Of a DNA stretch of 53,359 nucleotides, positions 1 to 9,743 are shown one piece after another; the stretch's first letter is position 1, and the number at the start of each line of letters is the position of its first letter. The notes beneath the pieces are model-generated. The model was not told the origin of the DNA and made no database searches. It saw only the letters and a program-made list of their open reading frames with translations. Made by a program: the position numbers and the translations under genes. This DNA comes from a virus (lineage: Duplodnaviria > Caudoviricetes): positions 1-53,359 of the IMG/VR virus record IMGVR_UViG_3300010151_007728; one strand, given 5' to 3'.

Positions 1-3000
1 CATATGCCGGATCGCATTGGGTGAAACCTCGGAACTCGCCACTTCCGGTTAATGTTGCAGTAGTAAATTGAGAAGGGGGACCGAAGACGCGACCATGAGA
101 AGATGAAATTATAGTATTTGTAGACATTCTGCTCTTCGAGGATCCTTGCGACATTACGGAACCGGATAATTGTTCCAACTCTACTTTCATACGATATGTC
201 TTGCCTGTCTCAAAGCTCATCTCTTTCATTGGTTTAGAAATAAAACTTGTTAATTTCCCATCTTTAAGAAAGAGATTAACTGATTCTGCCAAGAAATTAT
301 TAATCGCTAGACGATATAGATTATTTTCAGAACCACCATCATACACGCAATAATCATTTACCACCCCGTTAGAAACAGCGTGCAATCTTTCATTAATCGG
401 CATCTTGGTAAAATCATGTATTGCGTCAAACTGCAAACGATAATTACTAGGAGATGTCATAAAGGAAAATCTACCTGCAACTGATGAACCAGACCCCTGC
501 ATCGGAGCAGAGCCCGTGTACATTGGCCAATCAACGGCAATTCCTGATTTAATTGTGTTATATAATATACCAGGCGCATACAAGGGCTGTATAAAACTTT
601 GCAAGGCTGCTTCTGCAGAATGTGTCGCGAAAGCATTCGCCCCTGTACTAATTGGAACAGTCGTGGGAGCGGTCGACACACCGGTTAAATGGGTTCCATA
701 AGATTGAGAAAGTAGAGAAGCTATCTGGACAGTCCTTGTTACAGGATAAAATCCGTTATAAGGAAGCAACTTTTTATAACCTTGACATTTCAATGTTATC
801 GAAGTTATATCGGAAGAATCTTTATGATCATTTAAAATAATCCCAAAATCTTTCATGAAATCAGTAGTACTATAGTCCTTAAAAAATTGTGTATTATAGG
901 CGGTTTCATCTTTACGAATACTAGAGGTGATAGCAGCGCCATCTAAATTCAAGAAATCCTTCGGAAGTGGTGCATTAAAATCTTCTTTCTTATCAACAAG
1001 ATAATAGGATAATAAATTAGAAATATTAAATTCTGGTATAATGGTGGAGTTTTTAGCCATATATCTAAGATCTGACGAATATGCTTCGTAAGAATTATAC
1101 CATGGGTTGATGCCTCGATCTGCTGCAGCTGTCCAATTAACTTCATTACTCCCATATGTAGAAGCAATTGCTACGAAATCATCCGTACCGTGAAAACGAG
1201 GAAAAGCCTTATGACAATTGAATACTGCTGCTCCCGAGTCCGTAGGATATGTGGGGGGCTCAATGAACACATTGGTATGTATCGGTCCCTTGTGGAGAAC
1301 TCCACGGGATCCTGTATTCATAGTTATATGCTTGTTGTCGGAATCTGTTGTCGTTAAACCATCCAAGGGCCACACACTAATTGCATCATTTTGCCACTCG
1401 TCTTGTGTGTGTTCCGCATTATTATAGCAGATGTTGTTAAAAATATCTTTTACCGGGACTTGGGTGGCAGATGAAGTAGTGTAAGTAAGATACGTTCGCA
1501 GGCGATCAGTCAGGCTATCCCTCCAAAACGTTCGTATATCGCTGCGCCCTAACCCATTGGTACTCATATTATCTACATCGGATGATTTCAATTCTGCATA
1601 ATTGATTCTTCCTTTTGTTCCGGACAGAAATGTATTTTCAGTTCTTGGGTATACCTTGCGCGCATATTTAACATTTTGGAAGGAGATAGAGGGCTGCTTC
1701 TTGAGTTCAAGAATCGATTTGTAGTCTTTTACAGCATCACTAATATCATCCAGATTATTGTCATAAAATTGTATTGAATAATTAACGTCATTGTTGGCAA
1801 ATGTTTGTATACTATTGCCATATGGCACATTCAGTACTGTAGTGAGATTTTGGCCGCCGCCGTCCACATTGAAAGTAAATTGTAGTTCCTTGTTCGCATC
1901 GATGGCAATGGGGTCTACAATATTTTTAAACGTTAAGTCATTTTTATAAACACCCTTATTTTGTTTAACGGATTCATTGCTCCCCTCTGCAAGCTTTTGA
2001 ACTGATTGTTTAGTTATCGCTGACAGTATATTCTCACTCTTATGCTTTCTTAATATAGCAGAAATGGTCCATGGAGCGTGAAACGCTAACTGCATCCAAG
2101 TAGGACTTCCATATGCTCTTCCTGTTTTGAGAAGATTCAGATTAGTCAACGTTGCTGCATAAGAGGTGATTAAAGGACCAATCTCGGTGCGAGCAAAATT
2201 TGCTGTGTTTGTCTCAAAATCTAGCGGAATAATATAGGTATTATTTAATCCAACAAAGTCCTGTCTTCTTCCGTTTGTTGTTGCTTGTGATTCGGTTATA
2301 AAAATAGCACTTGATGTATTCATAATATAGCCAAAAAGTGTACTGTCCTCTGCAAGAGAAGCGGTAATCCAAGAATATTGCCTATCGCTTTGTGGGATGG
2401 CATGTTGCATGAAACCGTTATCATATGCTGATTGAGTTATAACAGTTGATCCGCTGTAAGCCAATCTTCGACGACGATTGCGTTGAATCTTATGAATAGA
2501 AGGTGCGCCGGTATAGGCATCGATTCCGCCGAAAGAAGCATGGTCCCTCATTAGCGAGTTTAAAGACTGAGTTGTCTGCAAAGTTCTGAATTTGTTGTAA
2601 ATATATGCTTGTACAGACGTAAACTGTTCTCCATTTGTCGCCAAGCGAACTGTCGCATTTCTATCATTCAGGTTATTATATGCAGACAAGGTAAGGGAGG
2701 CTGGGTCTAGATATCCATCAGATAGGACCTCTGGGGAACCAGGAGCAGAGAAACGATCTTTGAAGAGAGAATTCCTCAGAGCCGAGCCAGTTCTCTCATA
2801 GATATTATAATCTACATTTCCAGTTAAAAACAATACCTCGGCTGTCGTTTGAGTAAAATTGGCACCCCCATCGTAGTTGTCGCGTAACCAGCTTTTCTGG
2901 GAGATGGCTGTTGTGGCTTGTACTATTTCATAATCCTGAGTATAATTACCTAAGATAGTGCGTGAAATCTGTGTACTTCCATCGAAAGAGGCTGTTGAAC

Positions 3001-6000
3001 TTTTGATGTTCTTAAACGCAAATGGAGATTTGGCAACACTATCTCTATAATAATCAGAACCTATTTCAAGGAGAGACCTAGCGTTTATATCAATAGAACT
3101 TGTACCTATTGTCAAGTTATAGAGTTCGCTTCTCTGATTTACATCTCCCAGTACCCCATTATTAAACAATGGAGGATTATTGCGATAGGGATTGCCTCCC
3201 ACGTGCACTTGAGAGAAAGGAGATTGCATAGGTGATTGCAATTCACCTCCGTAAGCATCATGAAACTTATTATTTAATTCAGATCCACTATAAAATATGT
3301 TTAGAGCGGTCTTATATCCGGTTGTAACAGAAGAAGTATATACAGATACAGGAACGAAAGTTGCAGGACTCTCTTCGACGCCTGGATTGTAAAGCATGGT
3401 CATGAACAATTCCATTGTGACAGTGGTAGTGGCGTCTTCGAATGCTTCATCCGCATTAAGAATGCTGTTTTTGGCACTTGCCACTTCCGAACGCGAGCGC
3501 CGGTCAGGAGTGTCTGCATCTGCGGTCGCAGGTGCACCTTCTGCCGGCGTCGGTTTGATTTTTATCCCGGCATTGGGACTTGCTATCTCCGGCTTTCCAT
3601 TGCTCGACAACGTTGTTTTCGTAAAACCAGAATTAACAGCCTTCCTCTTGGTAGAGACCGCTGTTATTATCGCAGCAGACGTGGATTTGATCGGGTTTGG
3701 CATTGCAGCTGCAGTTGTACCAGCTTTCGTATGTCTTGCTTTAGCTGCCGTCTCATTTTTAACATTTTTAAACGTATTTCTTTGCTCATCGACGTTCATA
3801 TCGCCGGAAGTCAATGCCGGGAGAGCACGATCTGCTTGATATTGCCACCACCATTTATTATATTCTATCGCGACTTTCAGGAGTTCTGGGTCCGTTGTAA
3901 TTCCTGCTGCAGCTTTCAAAGCCTCTGGTTGGCTAAGAAACGAACCCTGGCTCTTTGCCATATTAAATATCTCTTCCATCTTGTTGAGATTAGACATGTC
4001 AACACCAGCAAGAAATTTCAAAGCCGCCTGTACTTCGGAGTTCATCATATTGTGGAACGTGCCTTGGTTAAGGCTAGATTGTTGGGGGGCTATCGGTTCC
4101 CTTCGCGTCTCTCTTCCTATATTTGGAATTTTACTCTGGTACTTGTTCCTCTCTAGAACATGACTCTCCACTACATCGCGGGCGGCTCCTGCAAAAGGTG
4201 CAGTTGCCGGTACGAGATTAAATAACATATTAGAAATACTACTATCGATCCATTTATAGAATTCCAAAAATTTATCCAAATCCGGAGTATTAGAAGCCCT
4301 CTGAAAGAAAAGCTGCCTTATTTTTTGCATGTCCTTATATTCAGAACGATATCTGTTAACTGGCTCGCCAATAAGATTATGGAAATCTTTCATGGTTGCG
4401 AAGAGATTAATCATATCCTCGGATATTATCCGATACATACTTTTCTCGAAAGTATAGAAATATTCCACAGGACGCGATTCTCTAGTAAATATTTCTCCCT
4501 CAAAATCTACGACTTGTACTTGGTCATTGGAGGAAACAATATCCGGCAAATTCTGCCTATAAGCGTGGATATCCCTACGTTCTACTACGTTTGTACTAGA
4601 TGCTTTAAAGTTCGCAGCCTTTCCAATATGTTGCTTATTCAGGATACCTGATATCAACTCCCCGTATACTTCGCTGCTGTCGCCATAAGAAAAGTCTGGC
4701 ACCTCAAAAGATCCGTTTGCATCACTTCCGGTTACTGTATCGAAGTTCCAATTAAGCGCTAAAGTCGCCATTTGAGGCACTTCTACGAAGGCCGCCAAGT
4801 GATTGTCTAAAAAAGATCCTGGGTGCTTTGCTTTCTCAAAGAGATACGTGTTTTGGTAGGCATGTGAGGTACCATAATTCTGATTGTCAATAGAGTGGGC
4901 ACGGAATTCTTGATCAGTGAGATCTTTTAACCAATATCTTAAAGAAGATACAAATACGTCAGAATAGCCATTAATTGTTGAACCGGTAAAATTCTGTCTA
5001 TTCGCTCCAACATACAATCGTTTGGGGCTAGTCAAAAGAAGAGAAAAGTTAGGTCTCACTGGGTCTGTAAAAGAAGAGGTTACACTAAACTCGTTAACAA
5101 CAACGTCTTCTATCGTATTGATGCCCTGGAACTCAATCAAAGTGGAAACAGGGGATGTGCCCGAAACTGTCCAACTACCTGAAACAAAATCAACAAAAGG
5201 ATGTTTTTGTGGCTTCGCTTTAACTGCGAAGTTCCATTTTGAATTTTGATATACATCTTGGAAATAAGAACTCGTGAGATTACCAAACGCCCCTGTTAAT
5301 TGAAAATAAACACTAGGATTTCCTTCTATCAAGCTATCTCTAACCGCATAAACTTGAAAGCTTCCGCTCCCTTGGGCATCTATCGTCGTATCGCCCCAAT
5401 CATAGCCTCCGGCGAAATTCGTGGCTGTCACGTAACTGAGATCGCTATATACTGGAGTATTGCCGCCAGGTCCGGCGACGATCTGAGCCATACCCACGAC
5501 GCCTGTTGAAGGATTGGTAGCCGTAATTCTTCCCCCGTGACCACCGTTTCCCGTTAGCGAGCCAGGAGCGTTAATACAATTCTTTAAGGAGATTGCAGCT
5601 GCGGCATAGGTCGTATCTACAGATTTGAACCATCGCAACGGGGGGATTTCGTAGGCTGCTGCTGTGTAGTCTTTTGTGTACCCAGCAATATCCGTGATCC
5701 AAATTTTCTGACCTACTTCAGGTAAATTTGTTGTGGATGTGAATGTAATCGTTGCTGTTGCTGCCGTTTCGGCTAGCGATTGTGGAATATAAGCACCAAA
5801 TAAAGAAGAAGAGTAGTGCAGAAATTCTTTCGAATAGGAGGAACCAATTCCTGTTTTGGGAGCATATGTGGGAAAGACCACCTCTGTTTCCACTGTAAAT
5901 GGAGCTGTCTGAAGCACATTAAAATTTGTTCCCCCTACGGGTGATTTCGAGCCAGAAATAATTGAAGAATAAATATTTGCTGTATTATTGTTATAGAAAT

Positions 6001-8080
6001 CAATATATTTCTGTTTTGAGGAAACCACTCTATAGTCAGTTTCTATACCTTGTTGCAGACCTTCAGCATATACGTTTAGGCGTAGAATCTCTTCATCGAT
6101 ACCTAAACACCGTAGAAGGTTTCTAAATGATTTAGCAGTACCCTTTGATTTATTAATATAGGATAAATTGTTGTAGATATTCTTATAGATCTGGTTCTTA
6201 ACATTATAAAGTTCTTTCGTGAATAGTTTTTGTTCATCTCTATTGTTAGCATATGCAAATAAAGAATTATCAGTCAATATTTCTTCTGTATGAAAGCCAT
6301 GGTCACTTAATAATTTTTGATTGAAAAAATATGGCTTCTCGTTCTCTTTTGTATATCTTATGTTCTTTAAAGTCGGGAGTGCCTCCATCTGTAAGAACAG
6401 AGTATCCAGATAGCTAGCTATGATCTGTATCATGTTGGAGAGATTTTCTGCTCCGACGTTTTCATCGTTCTCAACAATCCAAGCTGGTATATTATTCTTC
6501 AGAGCATTCGTATTGATATAATCATATGAATCTCCCTTTAATTTCAACGCAGTTAACTTAGAAAGAACATCCGGATGAGATGGATAAATAATAGGATCTT
6601 TGAATTCTGAAGCTGCAGCAGAAGAAGATATAATAGCAGAACCTGCGTTGCGACTATAGTCAGAAGTATATCCGATAAAATTGCCATTGCTGATTCGACC
6701 AGAATAATCTAATACCGTTGCATCGATAGAAGATTCTCCTGTGGTACCCTCATTGAATTTATAATAGATTCCCAACTTAGTATTAGCGGTATCAGTATTC
6801 GTGCCTCCTGCTACCTGATCGTTATAGAATCTACCAATTTCTTTTGCATTTCTCTCCGTTTTCCAATATCTAAATTCATCAAAAGACGAACTAACTATCG
6901 CAGACCAGCCCTTTGCGCCTTCTTCTGTTGTCGCATCAGCGCAGGGTCCCGCTGTGGCTCCAATGGCGGCGACTAATGATCCAGTAACTTCTTTAATCGT
7001 CCCAACAGAGCTGGTTATACCCATACATTTTCCATCTACATATAGTCTCATATAGTTTTCGGTAGATGAATTGCCGTTTACTACAGCATAGTGGTGCCAT
7101 GTACTGTCCGCTATGTTTGAAATACCAGTCTGGAGGCTATGTGTATGAGCCACAGCGCCGGAATGAATACCTAAATATAGTTTTCCTTCCCCTGCGGCGT
7201 TATTACATGCCCAAATACGTAAGCCTCCACGATCAACGCCAATAGTAGAGCTAGTGTTTATAAGATGGAAAATAGTCTCAGTCGCTGAGTTCCAGTGTGG
7301 TCTCTGGAGCCATGCATCCTTCTTAAGCCAAAATTCAACAGTAACACCTGTGTCCGGATCAAACTTCAGATTAGTTTCTCTATTCTCAGAAGCATTGTAA
7401 AGGTTCGCTTTAGAAATAGCAGTAGTAGATTTACCAGGCTCTATTTCTATCTTGTAGTTTCCATTTGGATCCGCGTTGGGGCCGCCCTTAACATAGACAT
7501 ATTGGGGATTCAAATTCTCCATTATTCTAAAAGGAGAAGTGATGGGAATCGCACCGACTGCGCCTGGATTCTTACCTACTAAAATATAGCCGGTTGTCCT
7601 AGGATACTCATTTTCAAAGATATATGTGTCTATGTAAGAAGACGATAATTCCCATTGGACTTTTTCGCGCTTCGATCCATCATAAGGATAGAAATTATGA
7701 ATCCTAGTAAATGCATCTTCATAATATTTTGTAGCTGAACCAAACTTTGCAAAATTTGAAGCAGTGGCAAAATTGATATGAGGAACAAATCTTTCCTCTT
7801 TCTGGTTGAGAGCGTCTAAATAGCCCATGGATTCGGCATCGCGGGTGACTGTTTGAGCTGTCGAGGCTGAATATATTGATTTCCAAGAACTATTTTTTAT
7901 GGATGCTATTACAGCAGGGTTGTTAATAAACTCAGCTGGATTATTGGTAGCCTGATCTGACTTGATCTGTTGTTCTACTGCTACAGCTGCATGTGAGTCT
8001 TGTTGCTGACCCACATACCCCTCGTTATCGCCGAAGCCTCCGGGTGCACCAGAATTATTATTATCATCCCAACTAGCCAT
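1..8080 (-). CDS. Giant baseplate wedge-like structural protein (gp7/P2 gpI-like core plus LamG domains), >2690 aa, truncated at window edge
   Basis: ATG at 8080 overlaps the upstream stop (ATGGCTAG). Hand translation gives MASWDDNNNSGAPGG..., and spot checks near 7800, 5400, 3400, 2460, 1440 and 1-120 are open in the same frame. Its absence from the ORF track fits a frame with no stop in the window. LamG-like motifs TVEFWLKK...WHHYAVV...LYVDG...FDEFRYW at ~6840-7350; wedge-like motif IYNNLSYINKSKGTAKSFRNLLRCLG at ~6100-6190; lies downstream of gp25 and gp6. Confidence 0.8.
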   Translation of the reverse strand, partial: MASWDDNNNSGAPGGFGDNEGYVGQQQDSHAAVAVEQQIKSDQATNNPAEFINNPAVIASIKNSSWKSIYSASTAQTVTRDAESMGYLDALNQKEERFVPHINFATASNFAKFGSATKYYEDAFTRIHNFYPYDGSKREKVQWELSSSYIDTYIFENEYPRTTGYILVGKNPGAVGAIPITSPFRIMENLNPQYVYVKGGPNADPNGNYKIEIEPGKSTTAISKANLYNASENRETNLKFDPDTGVTVEFWLKKDAWLQRPHWNSATETIFHLINTSSTIGVDRGGLRIWACNNAAGEGKLYLGIHSGAVAHTHSLQTGISNIADSTWHHYAVVNGNSSTENYMRLYVDGKCMGITSSVGTIKEVTGSLVAAIGATAGPCADATTEEGAKGWSAIVSSSFDEFRYWKTERNAKEIGRFYNDQVAGGTNTDTANTKLGIYYKFNEGTTGESSIDATVLDYSGRISNGNFIGYTSDYSRNAGSAIISSSAAASEFKDPIIYPSHPDVLSKLTALKLKGDSYDYINTNALKNNIPAWIVENDENVGAENLSNMIQIIASYLDTLFLQMEALPTLKNIRYTKENEKPYFFNQKLLSDHGFHTEEILTDNSLFAYANNRDEQKLFTKELYNVKNQIYKNIYNNLSYINKSKGTAKSFRNLLRCLGIDEEILRLNVYAEGLQQGIETDYRVVSSKQKYIDFYNNNTANIYSSIISGSKSPVGGTNFNVLQTAPFTVETEVVFPTYAPKTGIGSSYSKEFLHYSSSLFGAYIPQSLAETAATATITFTSTTNLPEVGQKIWITDIAGYTKDYTAAAYEIPPLRWFKSVDTTYAAAAISLKNCINAPGSLTGNGGHGGRITATNPSTGVVGMAQIVAGPGGNTPVYSDLSYVTATNFAGGYDWGDTTIDAQGSGSFQVYAVRDSLIEGNPSVYFQLTGAFGNLTSSYFQDVYQNSKWNFAVKAKPQKHPFVDFVSGSWTVSGTSPVSTLIEFQGINTIEDVVVNEFSVTSSFTDPVRPNFSLLLTSPKRLYVGANRQNFTGSTINGYSDVFVSSLRYWLKDLTDQEFRAHSIDNQNYGTSHAYQNTYLFEKAKHPGSFLDNHLAAFVEVPQMATLALNWNFDTVTGSDANGSFEVPDFSYGDSSEVYGELISGILNKQHIGKAANFKASSTNVVERRDIHAYRQNLPDIVSSNDQVQVVDFEGEIFTRESRPVEYFYTFEKSMYRIISEDMINLFATMKDFHNLIGEPVNRYRSEYKDMQKIRQLFFQRASNTPDLDKFLEFYKWIDSSISNMLFNLVPATAPFAGAARDVVESHVLERNKYQSKIPNIGRETRREPIAPQQSSLNQGTFHNMMNSEVQAALKFLAGVDMSNLNKMEEIFNMAKSQGSFLSQPEALKAAAGITTDPELLKVAIEYNKWWWQYQADRALPALTSGDMNVDEQRNTFKNVKNETAAKARHTKAGTTAAAMPNPIKSTSAAIITAVSTKRKAVNSGFTKTTLSSNGKPEIASPNAGIKIKPTPAEGAPATADADTPDRRSRSEVASAKNSILNADEAFEDATTTVTMELFMTMLYNPGVEESPATFVPVSVYTSSVTTGYKTALNIFYSGSELNNKFHDAYGGELQSPMQSPFSQVHVGGNPYRNNPPLFNNGVLGDVNQRSELYNLTIGTSSIDINARSLLEIGSDYYRDSVAKSPFAFKNIKSSTASFDGSTQISRTILGNYTQDYEIVQATTAISQKSWLRDNYDGGANFTQTTAEVLFLTGNVDYNIYERTGSALRNSLFKDRFSAPGSPEVLSDGYLDPASLTLSAYNNLNDRNATVRLATNGEQFTSVQAYIYNKFRTLQTTQSLNSLMRDHASFGGIDAYTGAPSIHKIQRNRRRRLAYSGSTVITQSAYDNGFMQHAIPQSDRQYSWITASLAEDSTLFGYIMNTSSAIFITESQATTNGRRQDFVGLNNTYIIPLDFETNTANFARTEIGPLITSYAATLTNLNLLKTGRAYGSPTWMQLAFHAPWTISAILRKHKSENILSAITKQSVQKLAEGSNESVKQNKGVYKNDLTFKNIVDPIAIDANKELQFTFNVDGGGQNLTTVLNVPYGNSIQTFANNDVNYSIQFYDNNLDDISDAVKDYKSILELKKQPSISFQNVKYARKVYPRTENTFLSGTKGRINYAELKSSDVDNMSTNGLGRSDIRTFWRDSLTDRLRTYLTYTTSSATQVPVKDIFNNICYNNAEHTQDEWQNDAISVWPLDGLTTTDSDNKHITMNTGSRGVLHKGPIHTNVFIEPPTYPTDSGAAVFNCHKAFPRFHGTDDFVAIASTYGSNEVNWTAAADRGINPWYNSYEAYSSDLRYMAKNSTIIPEFNISNLLSYYLVDKKEDFNAPLPKDFLNLDGAAITSSIRKDETAYNTQFFKDYSTTDFMKDFGIILNDHKDSSDITSITLKCQGYKKLLPYNGFYPVTRTVQIASLLSQSYGTHLTGVSTAPTTVPISTGANAFATHSAEAALQSFIQPLYAPGILYNTIKSGIAVDWPMYTGSAPMQGSGSSVAGRFSFMTSPSNYRLQFDAIHDFTKMPINERLHAVSNGVVNDYCVYDGGSENNLYRLAINNFLAESVNLFLKDGKLTSFISKPMKEMSFETGKTYRMKVELEQLSGSVMSQGSSKSRMSTNTIISSSHGRVFGPPSQFTTATLTGSGEFRGFTQCDPAY

Positions 8081-9743
8081 TTAGATCTTCCTCGACTCTA
8101 AACTTGAACTTGTTCTTTACATTTGTATAACCATTGTTGTTATAGTATGCAAACCCCAATTGATAGGAATATCCTGGTTCAAGTAACGACATGTCTAGAT
8201 CGAAATAAGAACCGGAAGCATCATAAGATAACCTAGTATACGAGCCCGCAGTCCCCAGTGTTTGTGGGGTGATGCTGCCCGTACCGAATGTTATTGCGGT
8301 GAGTCCATCGATTTCTCGTGTGACCCTATAATAAACATTTTCTAAAGTATAACTTTGTGGGGATGCATTCGCGACCGTGTATATGGATGGATTCCAATTC
8401 TTCTCTCTTACAGATAGTCTAAGTCGTGGATTTTCATTATCTAGATATTCGTCCTTAAGGTTGCTAATATTGAAGACATATTCTGGTTGTACGCCTACAT
8501 TGGATACACCATAAACCGTGGGGGCAAAAGAGCCCGTGTAGATGACCGCTCCTGGCACGCCAGACTCATTTAGGTACCAAACATCGAATATGCGCGTAAG
8601 AGGCGTTGAGGACGCTGTAATGGCGAAAGAGGCAGTATATATACCTGCTGTGTTGGGTTGTAGCTGTCCATCACCATTGGGGGCTATATAAAATCCTCCA
8701 CTAATCACAGTAGCGCTGTTAGAAGCTACGTTACTAGTACTAGTAACAACAGTTAAGGCGGATCCCGTGGGAACGGTATTGTCTGTGGAACCAGAAAACA
8801 GCTTCACGAAAACGGGAGGTATTGTGGCACCGGCTGCGAAAGCGTAAGGGGCACCGAAAGATTTAAGCTGCCCGTTAACATAATTATATAACATAAAATT
8901 GTTGAGGTTGTCGGCAGCTGGAACAAAACTACTACTATAGAAAGAAGTACCTCGATCATCTCTCATAGAAGAGTCCCAGCGTACTTCGATAATAGGGCGC
9001 TTAAAGAAAAATTGACTATTGCGTCCGAAAAACTTCTTAGTATAATAAGAGCGTGTTGCGCCATTTGGATTTTGAAGGGATGAGCCAGTGTTGATTCCTG
9101 CTGAACTGGAAAAATAAGCTTCTTGGCTAGCTGTTAAATGGATTCCTAAGCCGTAGTCATCATAACCACCTCCACTTTTGGTATTAATCCAATTTTCAAT
9201 AATGTCGGTTATGTCGACCTCAATATCTTGGTTAGCCTTTGTTAATGTTTGGGTTTTTACATGAGCGTCTAGATAATTTCCTCCGATGGTCGTCCAATTA
9301 CTGCCCTCCCTTCTTTGGATCCAATCTGCTCCCGGTCCTCCTTTAGTCAGATCAGTATAGTTGTCTATGTCCATACCGTAACCCTCTTGCCAGCTAGAAC
9401 TAACGGGAACGATATTATATGTCACCTCGGTAGGTGTAGTCTGTGAATGTTTAGCGTTAAAAAGACGGAGAAAAAACCTGGCGCTTCCGGAAGGAGGAAT
9501 AATACCGGCAACCCTATCATTCTTAAAGGCACTTTCTTCCCACTGGATTAGAACCCTGGACAATTCCTGTGTTTTGGCAAAACCAATTGTTGAGCCGGAA
9601 GAAATCATTTGTCCATATATGGAGAAGACCTCCAATATGTCAGATGCCCCCATGTTGGATCCAGTACCTCTGGTGATGAGGTTTGGTTCGAATGCATTTG
9701 TTATGATAGTATCTTTATTTGCGTAATATCTTTTTATTGCCAT
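8073..9743 (-). CDS. Putative baseplate/virion structural protein with N-terminal DNRLRE/CBM96-like beta domain
   Basis: 556 aa between gp6-like and gp7-like genes, overlapping both. SRVLIQW...LRLF...PVSSSWQEG...W...GG...VDITDIIENW...YGLGI resembles DNRLRE-type domains. Confidence 0.55.
   Translation of the reverse strand: MAIKRYYANKDTIITNAFEPNLITRGTGSNMGASDILEVFSIYGQMISSGSTIGFAKTQELSRVLIQWEESAFKNDRVAGIIPPSGSARFFLRLFNAKHSQTTPTEVTYNIVPVSSSWQEGYGMDIDNYTDLTKGGPGADWIQRREGSNWTTIGGNYLDAHVKTQTLTKANQDIEVDITDIIENWINTKSGGGYDDYGLGIHLTASQEAYFSSSAGINTGSSLQNPNGATRSYYTKKFFGRNSQFFFKRPIIEVRWDSSMRDDRGTSFYSSSFVPAADNLNNFMLYNYVNGQLKSFGAPYAFAAGATIPPVFVKLFSGSTDNTVPTGSALTVVTSTSNVASNSATVISGGFYIAPNGDGQLQPNTAGIYTASFAITASSTPLTRIFDVWYLNESGVPGAVIYTGSFAPTVYGVSNVGVQPEYVFNISNLKDEYLDNENPRLRLSVREKNWNPSIYTVANASPQSYTLENVYYRVTREIDGLTAITFGTGSITPQTLGTAGSYTRLSYDASGSYFDLDMSLLEPGYSYQLGFAYYNNNGYTNVKNKFKFRVEEDLNG

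Noticed and set aside
1-8072. Apparent 8 kb non-coding or stop-codon-recoded region
   Set aside because: It is one minus-strand ORF lacking a stop within the window; other genes end normally in TAA, TAG and TGA, so no recoding is needed.
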